From positions 57,268 through 77,267 of IMG/VR virus record IMGVR_UViG_3300001605_000024: a DNA stretch of 20,000 bases. One strand, written 5' to 3'. This DNA is from an uncultured virus (IMG/VR IMGVR_UViG_3300001605_000024) (taxonomy: Duplodnaviria; Heunggongvirae; Uroviricota; Caudoviricetes). This document shows positions 1 to 8,832 of this stretch, piece after piece (within the stretch, counting starts at the first letter, position 1; every line of letters begins with the position of its first letter). Made by a program: the position numbers and the translations under genes. Below the pieces are notes generated by a model. That model ran no database searches, had not been told where the DNA came from, and saw nothing but the letters and a program-made list of their open reading frames with translations.

Positions 1-1
1 A

Positions 2-310
2 ATGCGGAATAATGTAACAGAAGCTTGTAATTTATCAGTTAAATTAGAATATGATTTTATTGATAAAGCATTTGAAATGGGTGATATTGAGGGGTTAACT
101 AAAGAACAACTAAAAAATTTCATTAAAGCTCGCGCTAATGATAAAATGGTTGAATTAGGATATAATCCGATATATAATGACATTGATCCCTCACTATTAA
201 AACAAATGGAATGGTTCGGCCATTTAACATCAGGTAGAACACATCAAGATTTCTTTGCAAATAGAGTAACAGATTACTCTAAATCAACTGCGGATTGGTC
301 TGATTTATAA
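2..310 (+). CDS. nrdB: Ribonucleotide reductase class I beta subunit, C-terminal part (gene begins before the window)
   Basis: C-terminal HQDFFANRVTDYSK motif typical of R2 subunits; close to nrdA. Confidence 0.9.
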   Translation: MRNNVTEACNLSVKLEYDFIDKAFEMGDIEGLTKEQLKNFIKARANDKMVELGYNPIYNDIDPSLLKQMEWFGHLTSGRTHQDFFANRVTDYSKSTADWSDL

Positions 311-313
311 TAT

Positions 314-778
314 ATGATTATGATAAAATTAACAGATTTATTAAAAGAAATTATTGATTTGTATTCTCCTGAAGAATTAAAATCTAAGGATATTGAATAT
401 AGAATTGATAGAGATGCTCCAACTCGTTTTAGAGTTGAATTAAAATATAAAGATCAATATTATGTATTAACAATTCTTCCCGTATTTAATCCTAAAAGAC
501 CATCTGTAAATTTTGGTAGTTCTGATGAAAAATATGAAAATTTAAATTTAACCCAACTTCTTAATTCCCCATATTCCTCTAGGATTTTAGCTGCGGTTTT
601 TGGGTTAATTAGATATTGGGTAGATAAACATAATATCCAACAGTTTGAATATGGGGCTGAGGGAGAAATAAGAAATAAACTTTATAATTACTATCTAGAT
701 AAACATTTTTCTGATTTTGAAAATTCACAAGAAGGATTTGGAGATGAAACTATACAAATATGGAAGAAGAAAATATAA
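314..778 (+). CDS. Hypothetical phage protein with MIKLTDLLKE-type N-terminus
   Basis: 154-aa ORF packed directly after nrdB; start may be the second ATG at 320. Confidence 0.75.
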   Translation: MIMIKLTDLLKEIIDLYSPEELKSKDIEYRIDRDAPTRFRVELKYKDQYYVLTILPVFNPKRPSVNFGSSDEKYENLNLTQLLNSPYSSRILAAVFGLIRYWVDKHNIQQFEYGAEGEIRNKLYNYYLDKHFSDFENSQEGFGDETIQIWKKKI

Positions 779-909
779 TATATAAAATTGAAATACTTCA
801 ACTTATTGAATCTAAATATAATATTGAAATAAAAGATGAGGAAGTTGAAAATATAGTTACCCTTAATAATTTAATTGATTTAATAATTCTAAAACTTAAA
901 AATAAATGA
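760..909 (+). CDS. 49-aa protein resembling the C-terminal half of acyl carrier protein, without the DSL serine motif
   Basis: Manual translation MEEENIIYKIEILQLIESKYNIEIKDEEVENIVTLNNLIDLIILKLKNK; stop overlaps the nrdA start (ATGA). Confidence 0.6.
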   Translation: MEEENIIYKIEILQLIESKYNIEIKDEEVENIVTLNNLIDLIILKLKNK

Positions 910-2630
910 GTACACAAGTAGACACCAGTAAATGGGTTAGAGGCAAATCATACCCAAATTGGATGGACGATATCGCTCTTAATATTATTTCAAAAGGATA
1001 TCTCTTACCACATGAAGATGTTTATAAAGCATTTTTACGCGTAAGTAAAGCAGCCGCTAAACGTCTTAGAAGAAGAGATTTACAACCTTATTTTTACGAG
1101 GCCATTGAAAAAAACTGGCTATGTTTAGCATCTCCGGTATTATCTAATTTAGGTACTGAACGTGGGATGCCTATTTCTTGTTTTGGGATTGACGTGGAAG
1201 ACTCCATTGAAGGTATAGCTGACGCCAATTCTGAATTAATGCGATTATCTTCACAAGGTGGTGGGGTAGGTATTGGAGTTTCACGTATTAGAGGTAGAGG
1301 TAAAGCAATTAAAGATAATGGTATATCTGAGGGCATAGTTCCATGGACTAAAATATTTGATTCAACAATTTTAGCTACAAACCAGGGTTCAGTTAGAAGA
1401 GGAGCAGCATCTGTTAATTTATCTATTCATCATCCTGATATTGAAGAATTTCTACAAATTAGAAGACCTAAAGGAGATGTTAATAGACAGTGTCTTAATT
1501 TACATCAATGTGTTGTAATTGATGACAAATTCATGAATGATGTTGAAAATAAAGAACCTAGAGCATTAAAATTATGGGGTGAAATTTTAAAAACCCGTCT
1601 TGAAACAGGTGAGCCTTATATTATGTACGGAGATAATATAAATAAAGCCAATCCTGAAGCTTATAAGAAAAATAATTTAAATGTAAGCATGACCAACATC
1701 TGTTCTGAAATTACACTTTATACAGATGAATTACATTCCTTTATTTGTTGTTTATCTTCTCTAAATGCCGCTAGATGGGATGAATGGAAAGATTATAGAT
1801 TTGAAAATGGTATGTCTTTACCTGAATTAAGTACTTGGTTCTTAGATGGTGTTCTTCAAGAATTTATTGATAGAGCTAAAGGGATGAAATTTATGGAAAA
1901 TACAGTTAGATCTGCAATTAAAGGTAGAGCAATTGGTTTAGGATTACTAGGATGGCATACTCTTCTCCAAACTAAAGGATTACCATTTACATCTGTAGCT
2001 TCAACTACTTTACGTAAGCAAATTTCTAAATTTATTTATGATGAAGCTATTAAAGCATCTAAAGATCAAGCTATTGAATTGGGAGAACCAGAATGGTGTA
2101 AAGGAACAGGAATGAGACATACTCATCATATTGCAATTGCTCCTACAGTAAGTAATGCTCATATTTCAGGTGGTGTTTCTCCTTCAATTGAACCTACTCC
2201 TGCTAATGTTTATAATTTAAAAACCGCCAAAGGGGTATTTATTAAGAAAAATAAAGTACTAGAAAATCTACTAGAAAGTAAGGGATACAATATTGATAGT
2301 GTATGGGATCAGATTCTAAAAGATCAAGGATCAGTATTAGGATTACCTGATTATATTTTATCTAAAGAAGAAAAAGAAATATTCTTAACTTTCAAAGAAA
2401 TAAATCAGTTAGGCATTATACAACAAACTGCAGCTACTTATCCTTATGTAGATCAAGCGATATCACTTAATCTTAATTTTGATCCCAATTCCTCTCCTAA
2501 ATTAATATCCGAAGTTCATAAAGAAGCTTGGAAATTAGGAATAAAAACATTATATTATATGCGAACAGAATCAGTATTAAGAGGAGATACTTTATCTCGA
2601 ATGGATGAATGCATCTCTTGCCATGGTTAA
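906..2630 (+). CDS. nrdA: Ribonucleotide reductase class I alpha subunit (short, no evident ATP cone)
   Basis: PISCF, NICSEI catalytic motif, APTVS, TLYYMR tyrosine pair, C-terminal CISC. Confidence 0.96.
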   Translation: MSTQVDTSKWVRGKSYPNWMDDIALNIISKGYLLPHEDVYKAFLRVSKAAAKRLRRRDLQPYFYEAIEKNWLCLASPVLSNLGTERGMPISCFGIDVEDSIEGIADANSELMRLSSQGGGVGIGVSRIRGRGKAIKDNGISEGIVPWTKIFDSTILATNQGSVRRGAASVNLSIHHPDIEEFLQIRRPKGDVNRQCLNLHQCVVIDDKFMNDVENKEPRALKLWGEILKTRLETGEPYIMYGDNINKANPEAYKKNNLNVSMTNICSEITLYTDELHSFICCLSSLNAARWDEWKDYRFENGMSLPELSTWFLDGVLQEFIDRAKGMKFMENTVRSAIKGRAIGLGLLGWHTLLQTKGLPFTSVASTTLRKQISKFIYDEAIKASKDQAIELGEPEWCKGTGMRHTHHIAIAPTVSNAHISGGVSPSIEPTPANVYNLKTAKGVFIKKNKVLENLLESKGYNIDSVWDQILKDQGSVLGLPDYILSKEEKEIFLTFKEINQLGIIQQTAATYPYVDQAISLNLNFDPNSSPKLISEVHKEAWKLGIKTLYYMRTESVLRGDTLSRMDECISCHG

Positions 2631-2643
2631 ACATTTAAAATAC

Positions 2644-2680
2644 CCCCCATCAATTTATTAGATGGGGGATATTATTTTTA
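2644..2680 (+). terminator. GC-rich hairpin after nrdA, probable terminator or translational-control hairpin
   Basis: CCCCCATC-N9-GATGGGGG followed by an AT-rich/T-rich tract. Confidence 0.5.
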
Positions 2681-2682
2681 TT

Positions 2683-3306
2683 ATGAGTAATATTATAAAA
2701 ATTTATTATCTTCATAAAGGAAATAATATTCCTTTTTATGTAGGAGAAACTTCTCAATCTCTTAATGCAAGATTAAATAACCATAAAAGAAGATTAGGAA
2801 AAGAAATACAAATTGAGTTAATTGAAGAAGTAGAAAATGAAAATTGGAGATTTTGGGAAAAATATTGGATAAACCAATTCAAAGTTTGGGGATTTAATTT
2901 AATTAATAAGAATGAAGGGGGTGGAGGAGTTAATAAAGGTACTCCTAAACATACTTTTGAATCTAGAAAAAAAATTAGTAATTCTCGAATTGGGATTAAA
3001 TATAGTGAAGAATCTAAACAAAAAATAAGTAGAGCACTATTAGGTAAAAAACAATCTATAGAGACTTGCGAATTAAAACGAATTAAAAGATTAGGATTTA
3101 AACATTCAGAAATTAGTAAACATAATATTAAAAAAAATCTTTCCAAACCTATTTTACAATATTCTAAAAAAGGAGAATTGATCCAATCCTGGCCTAGTAC
3201 CAAACTTGCAAGTGAATCCCTTAGAATTTACTCATCTGATATATGTAAATGTCTAAAAAATAAAGGTAAATCTGCTGGGGGGTATATATGGAAATTTAAA
3301 GAATAA
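2683..3306 (+). CDS. Free-standing GIY-YIG homing endonuclease with NUMOD3-like repeats and a C-terminal NUMOD1/HTH-like domain
   Basis: IYYL...FYVGET motif, LINKNEGGGG, repeated H/Y-S/T-x-E-S-K/R units, SAGGYIWKF end; the track start at 2662 lies inside the hairpin, so 2683 is preferred. Confidence 0.85.
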   Translation: MSNIIKIYYLHKGNNIPFYVGETSQSLNARLNNHKRRLGKEIQIELIEEVENENWRFWEKYWINQFKVWGFNLINKNEGGGGVNKGTPKHTFESRKKISNSRIGIKYSEESKQKISRALLGKKQSIETCELKRIKRLGFKHSEISKHNIKKNLSKPILQYSKKGELIQSWPSTKLASESLRIYSSDICKCLKNKGKSAGGYIWKFKE

Positions 3307-3322
3307 TTTTTTAAGTATTTTT

Positions 3323-3350
3323 AGAGGAACATTAATTGTTCCTCTTTTTT
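3323..3350 (+). terminator. Intrinsic terminator
   Basis: AGAGGAAC-N7-GTTCCTCT followed by a T run. Confidence 0.8.
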
Positions 3351-3419
3351 GCATATTTATGGATGATAATTTAGGGTTTTATATAATGGTTTTTTAAAAA
3401 ATATTAAATTTAAAAAACT

Positions 3420-4034
3420 ATGAGTATAAAACTTCTGCAGGAAAAAATAGGAGCTAAATCTGATGGAGTATTTGGTCCCGGCACTATAAAGGCGGCTATG
3501 GCTCATTATAAAATGTCTCCTGAAAGAGCTGCTCATTTTTTCGGTCAAACTTCTCATGAAACTGGGGGATTTAAAACTTTTTCTGAAAATCTCAACTATA
3601 GAGTTAACGGTCTCACATCAATATTTAAAAAATATTTCCCAACAGAGGCTATAGCCTCAGAATATGCTTTAAAACCTGAAAAAATTGCCAATAGAGTTTA
3701 CGCTAACCGAATGGGAAATGGTAATGAAGCTTCAGGAGATGGATGGAAATATAGAGGTAGAGGGGCATTACAATTAACCGGTAAAGATAATTATAAAGCT
3801 TTTGCAGATTACCTTAAAAAATCTGAAATATTAACCAATCCAGATTTAGTAGCTACTTTATACGCCTTTGAATCCGCTCTATTCTTTTTTGACCAAAACA
3901 ATCTTTGGAGCATTTGTGATAAAGGAGTTAATAAAGATACAATTCTTGCTTTAACTAAAAGAATTAATGGTGGTACCCACGGTCTTGAAGATCGAATTCA
4001 AAAAACTGGAGCGTATTACGAGCAAATCAAATAA
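3420..4034 (+). CDS. Endolysin, glycoside hydrolase family 19, with a short N-terminal peptidoglycan-binding motif
   Basis: DGVFGPGT, HFFGQTSHETGG, YRGRGALQLTGKDNY, TKRINGGTHGLEDR. Confidence 0.92.
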   Translation: MSIKLLQEKIGAKSDGVFGPGTIKAAMAHYKMSPERAAHFFGQTSHETGGFKTFSENLNYRVNGLTSIFKKYFPTEAIASEYALKPEKIANRVYANRMGNGNEASGDGWKYRGRGALQLTGKDNYKAFADYLKKSEILTNPDLVATLYAFESALFFFDQNNLWSICDKGVNKDTILALTKRINGGTHGLEDRIQKTGAYYEQIK

Positions 4035-4042
4035 ATGTTAAT

Positions 4043-4510
4043 ATGAAAACCTCTTACATTATACCGGCCATTAGCATGCTGATAACTTTTATATGTTCTT
4101 ATTTCATGGAATTAACTCTCCAATATGCTGAGCAGTATTTGGTGATGGCTACTTTAATATTTGCAGATGGATTCTTTGGAATCATATCTGGGATTAAAAG
4201 AGAAGGATTTAAAACTTATAAAGCTCTTAAAATATTAAAAACCTTAGTATTTTGGGTAATATTTTTAACTTTAGTTTTAGCTATAGAAAATAGTTTTAAT
4301 GCTGTGTTTTGGCTTAGTGAAACTATTATAACTCCTTTTATAGTATTCCAACTAATTAGTATTTTAAAAAATGCTTCAATGGCCGGCATTATAAAAGCAG
4401 GTTTATTAAATGAGATTTTAGATAAAATTGACCAACATAAAGGTATTAGAGTTGAAGAAAATTCAACTCCTGAAGAAAATCCAACTCTTGAAGAAAATGA
4501 ATTGGATTAG
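4043..4510 (+). CDS. Probable holin
   Basis: 3-4 hydrophobic segments, ISILKNA motif, charged C-terminal tail, directly after the endolysin. Confidence 0.7.
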   Translation: MKTSYIIPAISMLITFICSYFMELTLQYAEQYLVMATLIFADGFFGIISGIKREGFKTYKALKILKTLVFWVIFLTLVLAIENSFNAVFWLSETIITPFIVFQLISILKNASMAGIIKAGLLNEILDKIDQHKGIRVEENSTPEENPTLEENELD

Positions 4511-4532
4511 TTCTAATTTCTTTTTATATTTA
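4500..4532 (+). promoter_or_regulatory. Degenerate copy of the 33-bp promoter
   Basis: aaTTGGa-N18-TATATTTA with the same spacing as the other copies. Confidence 0.5.
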
Positions 4533-4555
4533 GGACTAAACTCTAAATATTAAAT

Positions 4556-5647
4556 ATGAATAAGCGAATTTTACCTTGGTTGATAACATTTTGTGCTGTT
4601 GGGTTAGGAGGAACCGCCGGTTATTACAGTGTTATAGGTCTTTCTAAGTTATTTGCCGGTGAGGCAACAGCTGTTATTATAATGGCTAGTTTTTTAGAAA
4701 TCTCAAAATTAGTGTTAGCTACATTACTGCATTCATATTGGGGTAATCTTAATAAACTTCTTAAAACATATTATATATCTGCTTTAATTATACTTTCTCT
4801 TATTACTTCTGTAGGTATTTATGGAATGCTTAGTAGCGGTTACCAAAAAACATCCTCAGAATTGATTGTAGTAGAGAATCAAAAAGAATATTTAAACCAA
4901 AAAATTGATTTTTATCAAAAGGATTTAGATAGATATAATACAGAACTAGAAAGAATATCTAATAATATTTCAATACTATCTAATGCTAAATCTGTCACCT
5001 CTCAAATAAGAGATAATACGGTAGAAGGAGGAGTGAGATCAGTAATTTCAACTACTGAACTTAAATTAGCCCAACAGAGAATATTAGTTGAAGAAGAAAA
5101 CAAAAATAAAGTCCAATCCCAAAGACAAATCTCCTCAGACAGTATACAAAATCTCCAAATCCAGTTACTAGAATTAGACAATAACTCTGAAATTGCTGGA
5201 GAATTAGGTCCCCTTAAGTATCTAGCTAATTTAACTGGAGTTTCTATGGATAGGATTATAAATTGGTTATTATTGGTTATAATATTTGTATTTGATCCTT
5301 TAGCGATTTCTTTAGTTATAGCCGCCAATTTTGCATTTGCTCAACTTCAATCTAAAACTTCTCCTCAATTAGAAGAAAAAGTTGAAAATATGCGAGGAGC
5401 AGTCCAAGCTTATGATGATTTACAAGAAGAAATAGAAAACTACATTATTACTGATACTAACATAGATAAAAATAATGATGGTATTATTGATTTTAATGAA
5501 AAAACTTCAGCTATATCTAAAATAAAAGAATTAGAAATTTTACTACAAAATCCTAACATCTCCAGTTGGAAACGTACTCGACTCCAAAACCAGATAAACC
5601 AAATCAAATCCCAACTTGATGAGGAAGATATAACAAAGATTTATTAA
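4556..5647 (+). CDS. Membrane protein: three N-terminal TM segments, coiled coil, C-terminal TM region, EF-hand-like loop
   Basis: Hydrophobic segments, heptad-rich middle, FVFDPLAI motif, DKNNDGIIDFNE. Confidence 0.75.
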   Translation: MNKRILPWLITFCAVGLGGTAGYYSVIGLSKLFAGEATAVIIMASFLEISKLVLATLLHSYWGNLNKLLKTYYISALIILSLITSVGIYGMLSSGYQKTSSELIVVENQKEYLNQKIDFYQKDLDRYNTELERISNNISILSNAKSVTSQIRDNTVEGGVRSVISTTELKLAQQRILVEEENKNKVQSQRQISSDSIQNLQIQLLELDNNSEIAGELGPLKYLANLTGVSMDRIINWLLLVIIFVFDPLAISLVIAANFAFAQLQSKTSPQLEEKVENMRGAVQAYDDLQEEIENYIITDTNIDKNNDGIIDFNEKTSAISKIKELEILLQNPNISSWKRTRLQNQINQIKSQLDEEDITKIY

Positions 5648-5680
5648 GTTTGGCCTCTTAAGATTCTCTACATATATTTA
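5648..5680 (+). promoter_or_regulatory. Bacteroidota-type -33/-7 promoter
   Basis: GTTTGGC-N18-TATATTTA. Confidence 0.8.
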
Positions 5681-5695
5681 TGTAAAATAAAAGTT

Positions 5696-6199
5696 ATGAT
5701 TTACTCACCCACATTTCCTAAACCATACATTCAGGAGCAATTATCCAAGCTTAAAAAGCTAAACTATAATCAGTTTAGGTGGTGGAGGATGTATGATAAT
5801 CTCACTCCTCCTCTGCCTAATAAATCTCCATTGATTGATAAGATTCTGAATGGTGATTTTGATTATCCTCATTACAAATTGCAAGCAGAACTTGTAGAAC
5901 ATGAACTAAATGAGTTAGTTAAAAAATGTGGAGGTAACAATGAAAAGTTTGGAGAAAAAAGTTCATTATTGCGAACTAAACGTAAAAGATTACTTGATGA
6001 CTTTGAAAAAGAAGAAAATGCTAAATTACGACAATTAGTAATTGAATTTACTAAAAATTTTGAAGCTACTAAAGAACAAATAGAAGAAGAAATGCTTAGA
6101 TTTGTTGGTAATTTAGGAGAATTTTATTATTATATGGGAGTTAGATTTCAAAAAATTCAAAATCCAAATAAACGAGGAAGAAAAACAAAAAATATATGA
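5696..6199 (+). CDS. Hypothetical phage protein
   Basis: 167-aa ORF after a promoter; ATGA overlap with the next gene. Confidence 0.75.
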   Translation: MIYSPTFPKPYIQEQLSKLKKLNYNQFRWWRMYDNLTPPLPNKSPLIDKILNGDFDYPHYKLQAELVEHELNELVKKCGGNNEKFGEKSSLLRTKRKRLLDDFEKEENAKLRQLVIEFTKNFEATKEQIEEEMLRFVGNLGEFYYYMGVRFQKIQNPNKRGRKTKNI

Positions 6200-6981
6200 T
6201 TAAAATATCACATGAAGTACCTAAATGTTTACTTAGAAAAAGTCTTGAATTCAATGACTATCAATATGCTTTAGTACATCTATTAGAGGAAGATGAAGTC
6301 TATAGAAAACATTTCCTACAGTGTAAAGATGAAGGAGTTCCTATTTATCTAGATAATAGCCTACATGAACTTGGAACAGCCATTGGTGGAGATATTCTTA
6401 AAAAATGGATTAAAATTCTTGAACCTCAACATGTATTTGTACCTGATGTTTGGCAAGATAGTAAAACTACTATTGAAAACGCTAAAGAATGGATTCAATA
6501 TTCCTATCCTACAAATACAATCCCAATAGCGGTAGTACAAAGTAAAAATCTCCAGGAAGCGGAAGAATGTTATATAACGTTGAAAGACATGGGGTATAAG
6601 AAAATCGCATTCTCGTATGGCGCTGATTGGTACGCTGAAGAATTCACGGAATTTCACATAGATAAAGCCAAAATGTATGGTAGAATATCAACAATTAAAC
6701 AAATGTTTTATAATGGTACTATTAAAAATGATGATAGAATCCATCTTTTAGGTTGTTCTCTTCCTCAAGAATTTGGCTGGTACAATAATGCTTCGTATAT
6801 TGAGTCTATTGACACATCAAATCCAATTATGGCCGCGCTTGAAGGTTGGAAATATGGTAATGGTTTAATTACTAAACCTAAAATGAATCTTAACAGTTGC
6901 TACAATATTGATCTTAAAGATGTTGATTTGAATTTAGTGTTAACTAATGTAAAAGCTTTTAAATATATTAACGAATTATGA
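6196..6981 (+). CDS. TGT/DpdA-like (guanine transglycosylase-type TIM barrel) protein
   Basis: YLDNS, IHLLG and SIDTS motifs resembling the TGT superfamily; upstream of queC. Confidence 0.6.
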   Translation: MIKISHEVPKCLLRKSLEFNDYQYALVHLLEEDEVYRKHFLQCKDEGVPIYLDNSLHELGTAIGGDILKKWIKILEPQHVFVPDVWQDSKTTIENAKEWIQYSYPTNTIPIAVVQSKNLQEAEECYITLKDMGYKKIAFSYGADWYAEEFTEFHIDKAKMYGRISTIKQMFYNGTIKNDDRIHLLGCSLPQEFGWYNNASYIESIDTSNPIMAALEGWKYGNGLITKPKMNLNSCYNIDLKDVDLNLVLTNVKAFKYINEL

Positions 6982-7163
6982 TATCACTTTATGATTACTT
7001 TGGAAAAGCTGCAGGAGAAAAAATAGGAGCAGAAGTTTATAATTATGCTCGTCTTAGAAAAATACCTACAGAAATTCGAGAAGTTGAGAATCCCAAATAT
7101 AAAGGAAAAGTTATGCTTTATCCTAAAGAGTTTCTAGATGAATATTTTAAAATTAAAAGTTAA
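6978..7163 (+). CDS. Small hypothetical protein
   Basis: 61-aa ORF coupled to the previous gene by ATGA overlap. Confidence 0.7.
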   Translation: MISLYDYFGKAAGEKIGAEVYNYARLRKIPTEIREVENPKYKGKVMLYPKEFLDEYFKIKS

Positions 7164-7166
7164 TAT

Positions 7167-7346
7167 ATGAGTTTATATTTAAAAAATGCTCTAGAAAAAG
7201 GCAATATGATGTTTGATTATTCAAACCAAACTGGTCTAACTCCTAATCAAAGAGATTTAAAAAACTTGTTAGCTGAAATCTGGAATAACCAAGATAATCT
7301 TAGAGATGAAGATATTAAAACCTTAGAATATCTATCTAAAAAATAA
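7167..7346 (+). CDS. Small hypothetical protein (59 aa, MSLYLKNALEKG...)
   Basis: Manual translation; fills the gap after the previous stop. Confidence 0.6.
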   Translation: MSLYLKNALEKGNMMFDYSNQTGLTPNQRDLKNLLAEIWNNQDNLRDEDIKTLEYLSKK

Positions 7347-7378
7347 CGTTTGCCTATACGTTTAAAATACCTGGCAAA
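7345..7378 (+). promoter_or_regulatory. Candidate H-type pseudoknot in the queC leader
   Basis: AACGT/ACGTT stem; loop TTGCC complementary to downstream GGCAA. Confidence 0.45.
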
Positions 7379-7397
7379 ATCTAATTTATACAAATAA

Positions 7398-8270
7398 ATG
7401 AAAAACGTAGTAGTATCACTTAGTGGGGGAATGGATTCTTCAACATTATTATTAAGAGCATTATCTGAATACGGTAATGTAGTTGCCGTGTCTTTTGATT
7501 ATGGTCAAAAGCATAAGGTGGAGCTTGAACGAGCCCAAGAATTAGTACAATATATAAATGTAACTAAATTTACACAAAAGCCAGTTCGTGATAGAGGAGA
7601 AGGATTTAAAAAAGACTATCCTGTAAAACATCAAGTAATTAAACTTGACGGATTAACTAATCTACTTCATTCCACATTAGTAGAGGGTGGAGCAGAAGTA
7701 CCTGAAGGCCATTATGAACAAGATAACATGAAGGAAACTGTAATCCCGAATCGCAACAAGATCTTCAGTTCAATTGTTCAAGCTATTGCTTTATCAACAG
7801 CCGTACAAACCAATTTAACTTGTGATATTGCTTTAGGCATTCATGCAGGTGACCATGCTATTTATCCAGACTGCCGACAAGAATTTAGAGATATTGATCA
7901 TCAAGCTTTTGTAGTTGGTAACTGGGAAGCAGAACGAGTTAATTTCTATACACCATATCTAGATACTGACAAGTTTGGTATTTTGAAGGATGGTGAGAGA
8001 TTGTGTGAAGAGTTAGGGTTGGATTTTAATGAAGTATATAGACGTACTAATACTTCTTATAAACCCATTAAACACTACTATAGACCAGAAACTAATGCTT
8101 TTAAATGGTATTCCGATTACAAATCAGCTTCTTCAGTAGAGCGTATCGAAGCATTTCTTAAACTAGGTAAACCGGATCCAGTAGCTTATGCTGATGAAAA
8201 AGGGCCGGTAAGTTGGGAAATAGCTAAAGCACATGTAGAATCAGTTTTAATAAATCATACTTTAAACTAA
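7398..8270 (+). CDS. queC: 7-cyano-7-deazaguanine (preQ0) synthase
   Basis: SGGMDS PP-loop, FDYGQKH, VIPNRN, HAGDHAIYPDCR. Confidence 0.93.
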   Translation: MKNVVVSLSGGMDSSTLLLRALSEYGNVVAVSFDYGQKHKVELERAQELVQYINVTKFTQKPVRDRGEGFKKDYPVKHQVIKLDGLTNLLHSTLVEGGAEVPEGHYEQDNMKETVIPNRNKIFSSIVQAIALSTAVQTNLTCDIALGIHAGDHAIYPDCRQEFRDIDHQAFVVGNWEAERVNFYTPYLDTDKFGILKDGERLCEELGLDFNEVYRRTNTSYKPIKHYYRPETNAFKWYSDYKSASSVERIEAFLKLGKPDPVAYADEKGPVSWEIAKAHVESVLINHTLN

Positions 8271-8271
8271 T

Positions 8272-8637
8272 ATGAACACTATAGGATTAATAACAACTGC
8301 TGCAGAGACAGGATTAACAATTCATGAATCATTCAATGATTATTTAATAAATAATTCTAACGGTACATATAGTACTACAATTTCACCCAATTTCACATTT
8401 TCAGCCTTATCCGATTATATGGAAAACAACTCATCACAACCACAACAAGTAAAAGTAGCAGTATTCGAAATTGAACGAGATGAAAACCAAAAAGTAATCT
8501 CTACACAATTTATTAGTGAGTTTTGGATTGAACATAAGTCTAAAGCTAATTTAACATTAACAGTAGCTAAGAAACTAGCTAAAGAAGTTGATCTAGACAA
8601 GATTGTAATTAAAGAACTCTCAAGAGTTTTTTTCTAA
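8272..8637 (+). CDS. Hypothetical protein (true start possibly 8419)
   Basis: ORF track; low-complexity N-terminal part and an internal ATG at 8419. Confidence 0.55.
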   Translation: MNTIGLITTAAETGLTIHESFNDYLINNSNGTYSTTISPNFTFSALSDYMENNSSQPQQVKVAVFEIERDENQKVISTQFISEFWIEHKSKANLTLTVAKKLAKEVDLDKIVIKELSRVFF

Positions 8638-8687
8638 AAACGCGTGGAGTAATCTCTCCCACATATGTATAACAAATAACAAGTAAA

Positions 8688-8810
8688 ATGCTTTCAACAT
8701 TCAATTTACATAAGAATAATAACAGTACGATTTGGTCGTTTAATCAAAGACCGGAAGCGTATGGTGATGTTATATGTGGAGATGTCCGAGCAAAGTATTT
8801 TAGTAAGTAA
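8688..8810 (+). CDS. Putative attenuator leader peptide (40 aa) containing all 20 amino acids
   Basis: MLSTFNLHKNNNSTIWSFNQRPEAYGDVICGDVRAKYFSK; A-rich start context; followed by a terminator with a competing complementary segment. Confidence 0.75.
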   Translation: MLSTFNLHKNNNSTIWSFNQRPEAYGDVICGDVRAKYFSK

Positions 8811-8832
8811 TTAAAAAACTAAACATAACTTG

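Noticed and set aside
2631..3350. Group I intron hosting the GIY-YIG endonuclease
   Set aside because: nrdA is complete before it and the flanks are too short for an intron core.
3359..3397. 12-codon ORF upstream of the endolysin
   Set aside because: Too short, with no linked regulatory structure.
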